A stretch of 64,000 bases of DNA from Anaerolineales bacterium (GCA_036781265.1 DAIQBG010000011.1:22349-86348); one strand, 5' to 3'; positions 38,636 to 49,178 are shown, counted from the stretch's first letter. Translations and numbers: made by a program. The notes: generated from the letters alone by a model not told the origin.

Positions 38636-39793
38636 TTATCCGGAAGGGAATGACTCGACCAAAACATCTCGCGGGTTCGCCGGTTGGGAGAGCAGACCCG
38701 CAGACTGTCCTTTCAGCACATGGTCCAAAAATGCAATGAAGTATTGCTGGACTACTTTCATAATGCGCTCGGCCCGGCTCGTGCCAGGCCCGAGCGCAGA
38801 TTGCAACAAAGGGCCATCCGTGAAGCTATCATGTTCGGCGTCCTGCACAACGACCCGGTAACTCTCGATCGATGCTTCGAAGCGCTCGAGGAACCGCGGA
38901 TGGAGCTGCGCCTCTTTTGTCAGGAACATGAAGGGTTGGGTCGGCGGAAGGGCGGACTCGTCCATCGAAAATGGGCCGCCCGCCTGTAAGCCGTCGAGGT
39001 TGAGACAGGCGTTGAAACGTGCATCGGCTTTACAGGCTTCAGATGCGGTGATGCCTCCCAGGGAATGTCCGGCTACGGCAAGGGCATGTAGATCCATCGT
39101 TCCGGCAAGGCGACCGCTTGAGTTCATCTCGGCAAGCCTTTCCACCACAAACAACACATCTGCCGTGCGCACTTTGATCCGTTCGGTGGTATATGCCCGG
39201 TGCGCCTGTGGGTCCAGGGACCATTGCGCCTTATCGTAAGGCGCGACCTCCCCATTTGATAACTCCACTGCTGCGACATCATAGGGGTGATTGATCCCCA
39301 TCACGATATACCCATGGCTGGCGACCTCGCTCGCCAGGATTGAATAAAATTCAATATTCGTGCCGTTTCCGGGAGAGAAGATCACGACCGGGAATGGCTG
39401 TTTGATCGGATCTGCATCGACAGGGCTGGAGGAGCGTATTAACCGCAACCCCAATACTTCCCAGGGCGACACCTCTCCACTGTTCACCAGTTCTCTCGAA
39501 AGGACAGCAAGATCCGGAATGTACCCAGCTTTTAAACCCGTTCCCGGAACAGCCGGGTACCAGACACCGGCCACCACTTCCCGCAGATCGTTGGGATCGT
39601 CTGTTAGGATCTCTGGACGAGTCGAATCCACCCACTTGATTGTCATCCTACCGACATGATGAGATCCTCCAGGAACGGGGACCTCCAGCCGCTGATAGCC
39701 CCATGCGGAAAAAAGCACCAAGGATAGTCCAATAAACAGGCTGATCAGACGAAGTCTAGAAAACATAGGCTCTCCCGGCGAATCTAATTTCAT
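38636..39793 (-). CDS. Alpha/beta hydrolase (PAF-acetylhydrolase-like), N-terminal TM
   Basis: WYPA, PVVIFSPG, LASEVASHGY, GHSLGG nucleophile elbow, NLDG, HDSFTD. Confidence 0.85.
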   Translation of the reverse strand: MKLDSPGEPMFSRLRLISLFIGLSLVLFSAWGYQRLEVPVPGGSHHVGRMTIKWVDSTRPEILTDDPNDLREVVAGVWYPAVPGTGLKAGYIPDLAVLSRELVNSGEVSPWEVLGLRLIRSSSPVDADPIKQPFPVVIFSPGNGTNIEFYSILASEVASHGYIVMGINHPYDVAAVELSNGEVAPYDKAQWSLDPQAHRAYTTERIKVRTADVLFVVERLAEMNSSGRLAGTMDLHALAVAGHSLGGITASEACKADARFNACLNLDGLQAGGPFSMDESALPPTQPFMFLTKEAQLHPRFLERFEASIESYRVVVQDAEHDSFTDGPLLQSALGPGTSRAERIMKVVQQYFIAFLDHVLKGQSAGLLSQPANPRDVLVESFPSG

Positions 39794-39876
39794 ACTACTT
39801 TGACCGGGGAGAGCAAAGAAAGTTTCCCTCGTTCCCCCTCCTCTGGAGGGGTTTTTCCTGAGTCGTCGAAGGTGAG

Positions 39877-41010
39877 CTATTTACAGAAGTCCAACGCCGT
39901 CGCCAGGTAAATCTCCGCACAGGTCTTCACACTTTCCAGGTCCACCCATTCTTCGACCGCGTGCGCGCCGCTTCCAGAGGGACCAAGCAGTACAGCAGGA
40001 ATTCCCCCCGCGGAGAGAACCGCCGCATCCGTCCAGAACGGAACCCCGGCAACCTGCAGCGGATGGTTCAGAACCTTGATTGAAGCTGTCTGTAACGCCT
40101 GGACGATCTTTTCATCCTGTCGCGTCTCTAGCGGGGCGCGATCGATCCCTCGACGTACAACGGCATCGAAGGAAGAATCTTCGCTCCGTATCCTCTCGAT
40201 TATCTCGAGGAATTCTCCTGCTACGGCGTCCGGTGTTTCTCCGGGAAGTGTCCGTCTCTCTACGGAAAGAATACATCTCTCAGGGTAGCTGGACAGCTCT
40301 TGCCCACCCCTGATCAGCGAGGCGTGCAGAGAGCCGCTCCCCAGCAGGGGATGGCTTGGATTCGCACGCAGCCTTCGGTCCAGCCTGTCCATTTCCGCCA
40401 GGACTTTGCCCATTTTGACGATGGCATCCACGCCCAGGTCCGGACGAGAGCCGTGCGCGGCTTTTCCAATGGTTTCCACCTCGAGCCAGACAAAGCCGCG
40501 GTGTGCAAGGATTAGTTGAAGCTCTGTGAACTCGGCGACGATCGCGCCGTCCGCGCGGAAGCGGGTGGCGAGATCCATCGTGCCCACGCTGGCGTATTCC
40601 TCATCGATCACTCCTGTGAAGATGACATCACCGCGCAGGTTCTGCTTTCTCGCCTCGGCAACTGCCAGCATGCAGGCGGCGAGCCCGCTTTTCATGTCAT
40701 AGGCGCCGCGTCCGTACAGGCGACCCGACTCCAGGCGGGGTGTATGACCATCAGCCATCCCTGCCACCCCAACCGTGTCCATGTGACCGTTGAGTAGCAG
40801 TGTCTTGCCGCCACCTGAGCCACGCGCAATCCCGACCACATTCGGGCGCCCTGCGAGAGATTCAATCAGTTCTACCTCAAGCCCGGCGCGCTCCAGCCAG
40901 CCGGCGATGTAATTGGCAACTTTGCCTTCGCCAGGCGAACCCGGCACAAGGTCCGGATTGATCGAGTTAATCGAAACCAGGTCGCTAAGCAGATTTTCAA
41001 GCTCTTCCAT
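39877..41010 (-). CDS. M20 family deacylase (ArgE/DapE)
   Basis: LNGHMDTV, GRGAYDMKSG, DEE, AAHGS and GAHAVEE motifs. Confidence 0.92.
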   Translation of the reverse strand: MEELENLLSDLVSINSINPDLVPGSPGEGKVANYIAGWLERAGLEVELIESLAGRPNVVGIARGSGGGKTLLLNGHMDTVGVAGMADGHTPRLESGRLYGRGAYDMKSGLAACMLAVAEARKQNLRGDVIFTGVIDEEYASVGTMDLATRFRADGAIVAEFTELQLILAHRGFVWLEVETIGKAAHGSRPDLGVDAIVKMGKVLAEMDRLDRRLRANPSHPLLGSGSLHASLIRGGQELSSYPERCILSVERRTLPGETPDAVAGEFLEIIERIRSEDSSFDAVVRRGIDRAPLETRQDEKIVQALQTASIKVLNHPLQVAGVPFWTDAAVLSAGGIPAVLLGPSGSGAHAVEEWVDLESVKTCAEIYLATALDFCK

Positions 41011-41147
41011 GGCGATGACACTGAGGATTCATACAAGGATGTTTTCAGTCAGATCGAGAAAAGAAAACATACGATCCTCTCCTTTTGGCTTTGATAAATT
41101 TTCCCGAGTGTACCGCAAATTGGCTTTTGCCCCCTTATAATCCCACT

Positions 41148-41621
41148 AGGGACTCGGCATCAGAACGAGCTCTCGCACAGCTCATCCGCACGATGCGCGT
41201 TGCCGCGCTGGCAACTCTCCACAACGGCGAAGCGAATCTCGCCATGGTGGCATATGTCGTCGCTGAGGATTTCTCTGCGTTCTACATCCACGTTAGTAGA
41301 CGCGGAAAACACACCCGGGACATGAAAGACGATCCGCGCGTGAGCTTGCTCATCACCGAAAGCGACGACGCGCGCCCCGACCCGCAGACGCTGCAGCGCG
41401 TTTCCACCCGCGGGACGGCCGTGCTGCTCCCGCGTCCCGACCCGGGGTACGCTCGAATAAAAGGCATTTACCTTGCGCGCTTTCCCGAAGCAGAGAAATT
41501 ATTCAGCCTGGAAGATTTCAATCTCTGGAAGATCACCCCGAAAGGCGGAAGACTTGTGGCCGGGTTTGGGCGGGCGTTTTACCTGCTTACTGAGACACTG
41601 AAAAAAGTTTCGGCTTTGTAG
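41148..41621 (+). CDS. Pyridoxamine 5'-phosphate oxidase-like (HugZ-type) protein; start codon uncertain or mutated
   Basis: AALATL, HTRDM..DPRVSLL, YLARFP, DFNLW, VAGFGRA; expected start position holds AGG, first ATG at 41193. Confidence 0.7.
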   Translation, partial: RDSASERALAQLIRTMRVAALATLHNGEANLAMVAYVVAEDFSAFYIHVSRRGKHTRDMKDDPRVSLLITESDDARPDPQTLQRVSTRGTAVLLPRPDPGYARIKGIYLARFPEAEKLFSLEDFNLWKITPKGGRLVAGFGRAFYLLTETLKKVSAL

Positions 41622-41636
41622 AAAAATCGGTACGAT

Positions 41637-43523
41637 TTAGGGATGCTGAAACAGCCCAGCCAAATCTCGATGGACAAGAAAATCGGCGTTATCGAGCTCT
41701 GCCACGCCCGCAGGCACCGCACAGAAGTAGTTAATTCCATGAAAGGTCTCTACGGTATGAGTTGGGACCATGAGCCAGATAAAATCCTTGTTCGCGTCCG
41801 CGAGATTTAAGCCCACCAATGCACTCTGCCCGGTTTGCAGACGAGAGAAAGCATCATAACTATAATTGCCTGGAAACTCACGCATGTTCGCACGTAAATC
41901 CTCCCGGCGAATATTCGGAAGCCAGGAAACGGACCGGGAATTGTTCTTGACCACATTGATATAAGACCCCGCAGAAGCCATGATAGCCACAGGGTATTCG
42001 CCCGCATCGCAGCTAACTTCCTTCACGGTAGAGCTTGCAGATCCCCGCACAAACAGCCATCCGAGGGTCACAAAAAAGACCATCGCAAACGAAAACAAGA
42101 GCAACAGATGGATTCTTGGTAGCTTCAGCTTCCAGGCTTCCTCTCCAGTTGAATTTAATGCATTTCTATCCGCCACTGCTAATCCAACGATGAGGGCCCA
42201 GAAAGGAACAGTGACAATCATGGCACGGATCCCATCATCAATGGGCGGCACGAAGGGGATCGAAAGAAGTATGCCAACGATAACTGCAAACAGCAGACGT
42301 GCAAGAATTGTCCTTCTCGCTTGGATAAGGCGAGTGATCCCTAGAACCAGCAATCCGGTTAATATCGGAGCAATCACGGGCAGCTGGGGCCTTGGCAGAT
42401 AGAGAAATGAAAAAAAGCGTGTTGGCTGTAAGAAATCGCGATAAGCTTGAAACACAGCGTATAAAAATGTAGAGGGCGAATCTAGTATGATTCCAAGGGA
42501 AATCCGCATGGCTTTCGATGAATCTACGCCCGGATAGTCATAACTCCATGAATAGTAGCTGCGGTACCCGGTTGCCATGCCATAAATCGTATCTCCAAAA
42601 TTGCTGAAGGGTACGCTGCCTGGAACGGAGATCGAATTGAAGAGCCATAAATTTGCAACGAAGCCCAGTGCCACCGCAGTACAGATGATCCCTGCCAGAG
42701 CCAGTCTGGAAAGTGACACTTTTCTTAAAGTAAGAAACCACGCTATTAACAGGGGTAAAACAAAGAATGCCCCTGCCCGCGCATTAAGCGCCAGCGACAT
42801 GATAAATATCCCCCAGAGGGAGTAAAAGAGAATCCTTTCTCTGATGCCGAGCAAGAGGAAAGCCAGTGACAACGCTCCCAGCGGCAGGCCTAGCTGCTCT
42901 GTCATGAACTTTCCCTGAAATCTTCCAATGTAACAGTACGCCACGATCATCATCGTGATAGCAGCTGTGTAAGCTCCGAACCAATCTCTGACCACCATAC
43001 CGAGACAGTGAATACTCAGGGCAACGATGAAGGCAAGAGTGAATAAAGCAACTGCAAAGTTGTGATTGGCCAGCCACAGAATCACAGAGAGATATGCGCT
43101 AAACAGGGGACGGCGGGCTGCAAACGCAGGGATCTGCTCACCATACAACAGCTTTAATGTGCCGATGAAATAGCCATTGGCATCGTTCTGAGGCAGGATC
43201 CCTGCAATGGTGAACCCATCCGTATCAAGCCCATGCAGTCGCCAGTAAAAAGGGAAGAGAACAAAGGCCACAAGAATCAGGAAACCCAGGAACCCGCTGA
43301 ATTTTGTGCGAGGGTAGAGTATGAATGCCAGTCCCACCGTCAAGACAATAAAACTACCCGTCATGCGCAAATGGTCCTGGCGGTTGACAAAGGACTTATC
43401 TATCATATAGATAAGCACACTAACAAAGATCAGAATTCCAGTCAGCCTGTGGCTGAGAATGACGCGCAGGCTCGGGAGGATGTCCTTTAAGACAAAGAAT
43501 CTTTCTTGGATCGTTAACCGCAT
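41637..43523 (-). CDS. Polytopic membrane protein, GT-C glycosyltransferase-like
   Basis: More than 10 TMs, 'NDANGY', 'RRPLF', 'MTEQLG', 'NARAG'; visibly more AT-rich than neighbours. Confidence 0.6.
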   Translation of the reverse strand: MRLTIQERFFVLKDILPSLRVILSHRLTGILIFVSVLIYMIDKSFVNRQDHLRMTGSFIVLTVGLAFILYPRTKFSGFLGFLILVAFVLFPFYWRLHGLDTDGFTIAGILPQNDANGYFIGTLKLLYGEQIPAFAARRPLFSAYLSVILWLANHNFAVALFTLAFIVALSIHCLGMVVRDWFGAYTAAITMMIVAYCYIGRFQGKFMTEQLGLPLGALSLAFLLLGIRERILFYSLWGIFIMSLALNARAGAFFVLPLLIAWFLTLRKVSLSRLALAGIICTAVALGFVANLWLFNSISVPGSVPFSNFGDTIYGMATGYRSYYSWSYDYPGVDSSKAMRISLGIILDSPSTFLYAVFQAYRDFLQPTRFFSFLYLPRPQLPVIAPILTGLLVLGITRLIQARRTILARLLFAVIVGILLSIPFVPPIDDGIRAMIVTVPFWALIVGLAVADRNALNSTGEEAWKLKLPRIHLLLLFSFAMVFFVTLGWLFVRGSASSTVKEVSCDAGEYPVAIMASAGSYINVVKNNSRSVSWLPNIRREDLRANMREFPGNYSYDAFSRLQTGQSALVGLNLADANKDFIWLMVPTHTVETFHGINYFCAVPAGVAELDNADFLVHRDLAGLFQHP

Positions 43524-43635
43524 TGAATCTCTCCAGTAAGGCTATCCACTGGGTTTCCATAGAAACGTGCCGATTCGACTGCGCATTGTCCTCGTTCCAT
43601 CGGCAGGCGGTATCTTACGTCTTCCCGATACCGAC

Positions 43636-45288
43636 TTAGAATCCTTCCGCGGCATACTCACCCCAGACTACGCGGAGCGTATTACAGATCTCACCGAGAG
43701 TGATATTGTTTTCCACACATTCGATAAATAACGGCATCAAATTCTCATTGCTCTGAGCAGAAACCGTCAGTCTTTCCAGCAGCTGTTCTACTATTCTGGG
43801 CTCCCTATTCTCTCTCAATTCCTTTAGCTTTTCTTTTTGTGCAATCTCAATCATCGGGTCAACCCTTAACCGCTCCAGGCCTCTTTCCTCGTTCACTTCA
43901 AAGGCGTTGACGCCTACGACAATCTCTTCTTTCCTCTCAATTGCCCGCTGGGCAGCATAAGCGGCATTCTGGATCTCATTCTGCATGAAGCCTTTTTCGA
44001 TAGCCTTCAGAGCTCCGCCCAGAGCGTCAATTTTGGCGATGTAATCTGTTGCAAGGTTTTCGATCTCATCCGTGAGATGCTCGATGAGATACGATCCTGC
44101 GAGGGGGTCTACAGCATCCGCCACGCCTGATTCGTGCGCAATAATCTGCTGGGTCCGAAGGGCGACACGCACAGCCTTCTCCGTCGGAAGCCAGAGCGCT
44201 TCGTCCATGCTGTTGGTATGTAGAGATTGAGTCCCGCCGAGGACCGCAGACAGCGCCTGCAAGGTAACACGCACGACATTATTTTCGGGCTGCTGGGCAG
44301 TCAGCGTAGAGCCGGCGGTCTGGGTATGGAATCGTAATTGCCAGCTGGAAGGCTTTTGCGCGTTGAAGCGCTCGCGCATGATCTTTGCCCACATCCGTCG
44401 CGCAGCGCGGAACTTGGCCACCTCTTCGAGCAGGTTGTTGTGGGCGTTGAAGAAGAACGAGAGCTGCGGAGCAAAGTCGTCCACGCTCAGCCCCGCCTGC
44501 AGGGCGGCTTCCACGTAGGCAATGGCATTTGAGAGCGTGAACGCCACCTCCTGGGCGGCGGTCGAGCCAGCTTCGCGGATGTGATATCCAGAAATTGAAA
44601 TCGTGTTCCAGTTCGGCACCTCGGCAGCGCAGAACTGGAAAATGTCTGTAATCAGCCGCATGGACGGTCCCGGCGGGAAGATGTAGGTGCCGCGCGCCAC
44701 ATACTCCTTGAGGATATCGTTCTGGATGGTGCCGCGCAGCTTCTTAACGTCCGCTCCCTGGCGTTTCGCCACGGCAAAGTACATTGCCAGGAGAACACCC
44801 GCCGGCGCGTTGATCGTCATTGACGTGGAGACCTGCTCGAGGGGGATCTGGTCGAAGAGCTGCTCCATGTCGCGAATAGACGAGATTGACACCCCCACTT
44901 TTCCTACCTCGCCCTGCGCGATCGGGTCGTCGGCATCGTAACCGATCTGGGTCGGCAGGTCGAACGCGACGCTCAAGCCGGTTTGCCCCTGCCCCAGCAG
45001 ATAACGATAACGCTTATTCGACTCCTCCGCCGTGGAGAATCCGGCGTACTGGCGCATCGTCCAGAAGCGCGAACGATACATCGTCGGCTGTACGCCGCGT
45101 GTGTAGGGATAGTCTCCCGGAAACCCGAGTTTCACTTCGTAATCGAGGTCCGCGTCGACGGGCAAAGGCAGGCGGGGGACCTCAATGCCCGACGAGGTCT
45201 CGAAGCGTTCTTTCCGCTCCTTGAATTTTTCGAGTGATTTCTTGAGAATCGTATCTTGCCATTTCTGAAAAGAGTCTTTGAGCGTCAT
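43636..45288 (-). CDS. Methylmalonyl-CoA mutase large (substrate-binding) subunit
   Basis: [51 protein letters not shown]; no B12 domain. Confidence 0.95.
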   Translation of the reverse strand: MTLKDSFQKWQDTILKKSLEKFKERKERFETSSGIEVPRLPLPVDADLDYEVKLGFPGDYPYTRGVQPTMYRSRFWTMRQYAGFSTAEESNKRYRYLLGQGQTGLSVAFDLPTQIGYDADDPIAQGEVGKVGVSISSIRDMEQLFDQIPLEQVSTSMTINAPAGVLLAMYFAVAKRQGADVKKLRGTIQNDILKEYVARGTYIFPPGPSMRLITDIFQFCAAEVPNWNTISISGYHIREAGSTAAQEVAFTLSNAIAYVEAALQAGLSVDDFAPQLSFFFNAHNNLLEEVAKFRAARRMWAKIMRERFNAQKPSSWQLRFHTQTAGSTLTAQQPENNVVRVTLQALSAVLGGTQSLHTNSMDEALWLPTEKAVRVALRTQQIIAHESGVADAVDPLAGSYLIEHLTDEIENLATDYIAKIDALGGALKAIEKGFMQNEIQNAAYAAQRAIERKEEIVVGVNAFEVNEERGLERLRVDPMIEIAQKEKLKELRENREPRIVEQLLERLTVSAQSNENLMPLFIECVENNITLGEICNTLRVVWGEYAAEGF

Positions 45289-45553
45289 TTCTTTCACCAC
45301 GAAGTCGCACGCAGGACCGCACAGGAAAAGATTCTAAGTGTTCTCGGCCGTTGTGGTCAGGGATTTCAATCAAGTATAAAGCCAACACAGCTTAAGTTGT
45401 AGGACGTATGACACACGATCCTGACGAATAATATTCCTGTTTCAAATCATACAAAAATGGTATGAAATTCAAGATGAATGTCATTTGTGGGAAAAGAACG
45501 AGAATGCTAGACTTATGGCATATAAAGTAGCAATCCGCGGATGGGATCATATT

Positions 45554-45955
45554 ATGCCAAATAAACCACTTCTCTACATCGGTGCCGGGATTCTACTCCT
45601 GGTCGGCTTGTGCTTTGTCGGATACGGCGCGTTGAACGTTATCGGCTCTACCTCCCCAAGCGGCAGCTCGGACTGGCTGACCTACGGATTGGGTTTTGGC
45701 TGCGTGGGCGCTCTCTTCCTGGCAGGTGGCGCGGGCTTGATCTACGCCTCGATCCGAGGCACGAAGACCGAGGTCGTCCAGCAGGTCACAATGAAAGTAG
45801 ATATGCCCGGAGATACTAAAATCGAGCAGATGACCTGCCGGAACTGCGGCGGAGCGCTCAAGCCGGAAAACGTCAAAATGGTGATGGGCGCGCCGATGGT
45901 GGAATGCCCCTTCTGCGGCACCACCTATCAGCTGACCGAAGAACCGAAATGGTAA
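45554..45955 (+). CDS. Two-TM membrane protein with C-terminal zinc ribbon
   Basis: Two hydrophobic helices, CRNC..CPFC, ending EEPKW. Confidence 0.8.
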   Translation: MPNKPLLYIGAGILLLVGLCFVGYGALNVIGSTSPSGSSDWLTYGLGFGCVGALFLAGGAGLIYASIRGTKTEVVQQVTMKVDMPGDTKIEQMTCRNCGGALKPENVKMVMGAPMVECPFCGTTYQLTEEPKW

Positions 45956-46061
45956 GGTGGCTTCGGATTTGGAATCGACGATCCTTGATGGAATGAAACA
46001 GCACTGCCCCATATCGGAACGCTGAGAACGGGCGCCAGTGTCTACGATTGGGAGGTCCCCT

Positions 46062-47738
46062 ATGAAACGAAGATTGCTGACGATTGTGCTGGTGCTCACC
46101 TTCGCACTCAGCATCACAACTAGCGCTCTGGCACAAGACTATTTTTTCAGCCTGGACAGAGAGGTGGTGAACGTCTACTGGAATGCCGACGGCACAATGT
46201 CGCTCGACTATGTTTTTACGTTTACCAATCAGCCCACGGGACACCCCATCGAGTTCGTGGACGTGAGCAGTCCAAAGGGAAACCTCGATATGGGCTCGGT
46301 TAGCGCAGATATCAATGGCAATCCATTGGACGTTTCGGCTTCTGAATACCAGGGAGACGGCACCGGGTTTGCCGTCATCATGGGACCCCATGCCATCCCG
46401 CCGGGACAGACGGGTGATGTCCACGTGTACATTGGCCGCATTACCGATGTGGTTTATCCGGACGATAACGACCAGGAATATGCCAGCGCCGTGTTCGCAC
46501 CTGCGTATTTCGTGCCGAGCGTGACAACCGGCACGACTGATCTCACAGTGACCTTCCATTTGCCTCCGGGCGTGCAACCGGATGAGCCGCGCTGGCACAG
46601 TTCCCCGAGCGGTTTTTCCTCCGAGCCGCAGACCGGGATTGACTCTGAAGGTCGTGTCACCTACACCTGGACGAATCCCGGCGCCTCGCCTTCACGCCAG
46701 TACAACTTTGGTGCGTCCTTTCCCAGGACGTATCTCCCCGCCAGTGAGATTGTCACTCCTCCCGCTTTCAATTTCGGGGAATGGATCGGTTCGGTTATTT
46801 CGAATCTGGTACCTCTGCTCTTCTGCGGGTTCTTCATTTTCATGTTCCTCGGAGTGCCGGTCCTCACCTATCTCAGCAGCCAGCGTCGTAAGCTGCAGTA
46901 TCTGTCGCCCAAGATCGCTATCGAGGGCCACGGCATTAAGCGCGGGCTCACCGCCGTAGAGGCTGCCATTCTGATGGAACAGCCGCTCGACAAAGTAATG
47001 ACCATGATCCTGTTCGGCGTGGTGAAGAAGGGAGCGGCTACAGTTGTGGATCGCGATCCTCTTCTCGTGGAAGTCAGCTCGCCCGTGCCTGTAGGATTGC
47101 ATGAGTATGAAGAGAACTTTCTAAAAGCACTCAGGGAAACCGAACCGAAGAGACGTCGCCAGCTTCTGCAGGAGATGACCGTCAAGCTCGTCCGCTCGGT
47201 ATCTGAAAAAATGAAAGGTTTCAGCCGCCGGGAAACGATCGAATATTACAAGCGCATTATGGAGACCGCCTGGGAACAGGTGCAAAAGGCAAACACCCCT
47301 GAAGTGCAGCGAAGCTTCTTCGATCAGCAGTTGGAGTGGACCATGCTGGATCAAGACTATGACGACCGCTCACGCCGCGTCTTCCACGGGCCGATCTTTG
47401 TACCCACCTGGTGGGGAAACTATGATCCCACATATCGGACGGGTCCGATTTCCCCCTCCGGCAGCGGCAGGATCTCTACTCCCAGCCCGTCATCCGGTGG
47501 ATCCTCGCTGCCTGGCGCCGACTTTGCCGCCTCTGTTGTTGGCGGCGTGCAAACCTTTTCACAGAAAGTTATTGGAAATGTCGGTGACTTTACGAGTCGC
47601 GTCACCAGTGTTACCAATCCGCCACCAAAGCCATCTTCCACGGGCGGGCGCAGTATGGGTGGAGGGGGTAGCCGCGGCTGCGCGTGTGCCTGTGCGTGCG
47701 CGGGCTGTGCCTGTGCCTGCGCGGGCGGCGGGCGATAG
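46062..47738 (+). CDS. DUF2207-like single-pass membrane protein with C-terminal Cys-Ala repeat tail (putative radical SAM substrate)
   Basis: GGAGG RBS, signal peptide ending ALA|Q, extracellular beta-rich domain, TM, cytoplasmic domain, S/G linker, tail GCACACACAGCACACAGGGR. Confidence 0.85.
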   Translation: MKRRLLTIVLVLTFALSITTSALAQDYFFSLDREVVNVYWNADGTMSLDYVFTFTNQPTGHPIEFVDVSSPKGNLDMGSVSADINGNPLDVSASEYQGDGTGFAVIMGPHAIPPGQTGDVHVYIGRITDVVYPDDNDQEYASAVFAPAYFVPSVTTGTTDLTVTFHLPPGVQPDEPRWHSSPSGFSSEPQTGIDSEGRVTYTWTNPGASPSRQYNFGASFPRTYLPASEIVTPPAFNFGEWIGSVISNLVPLLFCGFFIFMFLGVPVLTYLSSQRRKLQYLSPKIAIEGHGIKRGLTAVEAAILMEQPLDKVMTMILFGVVKKGAATVVDRDPLLVEVSSPVPVGLHEYEENFLKALRETEPKRRRQLLQEMTVKLVRSVSEKMKGFSRRETIEYYKRIMETAWEQVQKANTPEVQRSFFDQQLEWTMLDQDYDDRSRRVFHGPIFVPTWWGNYDPTYRTGPISPSGSGRISTPSPSSGGSSLPGADFAASVVGGVQTFSQKVIGNVGDFTSRVTSVTNPPPKPSSTGGRSMGGGGSRGCACACACAGCACACAGGGR

Positions 47739-47779
47739 CGAGCGTTGATTTTGCATCTGTAAATGGTGCGCGAGAAAGT

Positions 47780-49153
47780 ATGATTATGACTTTACTGAAT
47801 TCACTGACAGATCTTCTTAACCCCACGTTAGCAGCAGCACGTTTATCGGCTGGACTCTATCATTACACTCGCGAAAACGAACGAGAAAAGGCGCGTATTC
47901 ACTTGCGGGTCGATCCAGATGGCACAGGGACGTTGATTGTCAATGCTAACCGGGTCCTGCACTTGAATCCTACGGCGGCATTGATGGCTCATCTACTTCT
48001 CGAGGGCAAGAACGCACAGGAAATCGTTCAACTCGTGCGAAAGGAGTATCGAGTCGGTGCCAAGCAGGCGAACCAGGACCTTTCTACTTTCCACCTGCAG
48101 CTTGACAACCTGCTGCGCCCCGATGGCGCCTGTGCGATTCATGAACTCGACCTTGAATCCATTATGCCATTCAGCGCGCGCCCCTCTGCTCCCTATCGCA
48201 TGGATCTCGCCATCACCTATCGCTGCAATAACGACTGCGCCCACTGCTACAACGCCCGCGAGCGGAACTTCCCTGAGTTGACCACCGGGCAGTGGTTCAA
48301 GATCCTGGATCAACTCTGGGCTCTGGGTGTGCCGCACATTGTCTTCACCGGGGGTGAGGCAACGCTCCGCAACGATCTCCCCGAGCTGATCGCTCACGCC
48401 GAAGCGAACGGACAGATCACCGGCCTGAACACCAATGCCCGCCGACTGATCGATGAAAACTATGTGCAAAAGCTGATCGATGCGGGTCTCGACCATGTTC
48501 AGATTACAGTCGAATCTTGCGATGAGGCAATCCATGACCGGATGATGCGCGCAAAAGGCGCATTCAAACAGACCATTCAGGGGTTGAAGAACGTTCTGGC
48601 TACACGCCTCTACGTGATGACCAATACGACCATGCTGCGCACCAACGTCCACACAATCCCGGATACGCTGGACTTTCTGGCGGAACTGGGTGTGCCGACG
48701 ATCGGCTTGAATGCCCTGATTTATTCCGGCCTGGGCATGACGGTCGGGACCGGTTTGCATGAGCGTGAACTGCAGCCCATCCTGGATATGGCTGTGAAAA
48801 AGACAAGCGAACAGGGACAGCGCCTGATCTGGTACACACCCACGCAGTACTGCAATTTCGATCCGACGCAAAGTAACCTGGGCGTCAAGGGTTGTACAGC
48901 ATCCCTGTACAGCATGTGTATCGAATCGAATGGCAGTGTGCTGCCCTGTCAGTCTTATTACTCCCCGCTCGGCAATATCCTGACCGACTCGTGGGACTCG
49001 ATCTGGAATCACAAGCTGTCGGTGAAGTTGCGTGAGCGCCACGGGCTGCCCGCCAAATGCGAGGGCTGCCCGGTCGTCGCTGAATGCGGCGGCGGCTGTC
49101 CTCTGACGTTCAACCAGGCAGCCCTGACGGCGATCCCTGTACTGAATCGTTGA
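47780..49153 (+). CDS. PqqD/RRE-radical SAM-SPASM domain protein (peptide/protein maturase type)
   Basis: RRE-like LNPTAALMAHLLLEG..EIV..Y.V..A.QDL..F; CNNDCAHC; FTGGE; SPASM GC..PC..CEGCPVVAECGGGC. Confidence 0.92.
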   Translation: MIMTLLNSLTDLLNPTLAAARLSAGLYHYTRENEREKARIHLRVDPDGTGTLIVNANRVLHLNPTAALMAHLLLEGKNAQEIVQLVRKEYRVGAKQANQDLSTFHLQLDNLLRPDGACAIHELDLESIMPFSARPSAPYRMDLAITYRCNNDCAHCYNARERNFPELTTGQWFKILDQLWALGVPHIVFTGGEATLRNDLPELIAHAEANGQITGLNTNARRLIDENYVQKLIDAGLDHVQITVESCDEAIHDRMMRAKGAFKQTIQGLKNVLATRLYVMTNTTMLRTNVHTIPDTLDFLAELGVPTIGLNALIYSGLGMTVGTGLHERELQPILDMAVKKTSEQGQRLIWYTPTQYCNFDPTQSNLGVKGCTASLYSMCIESNGSVLPCQSYYSPLGNILTDSWDSIWNHKLSVKLRERHGLPAKCEGCPVVAECGGGCPLTFNQAALTAIPVLNR

Positions 49154-49178
49154 ACTGATGACGTTTCGAGGAGGAACG

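Noticed and set aside
45289..45553. Cobalamin riboswitch upstream of the mutase (also checked 13443-13591 and 5014-5152)
   Set aside because: No recognisable B12-box or conserved core by eye; an Rfam covariance search would be decisive
47676..47735. (TGYGCS)n as a DNA microsatellite or contingency locus
   Set aside because: Synonymous codon variation and in-frame position indicate a protein-level Cys-Ala repeat
47684..47779. Cys-rich N-terminal extension (MCLCVRGLCLCL) of the rSAM ORF as a fused precursor
   Set aside because: It is the alternative-frame reading of the upstream gene's tail; the real start is probably 47780 or 47786
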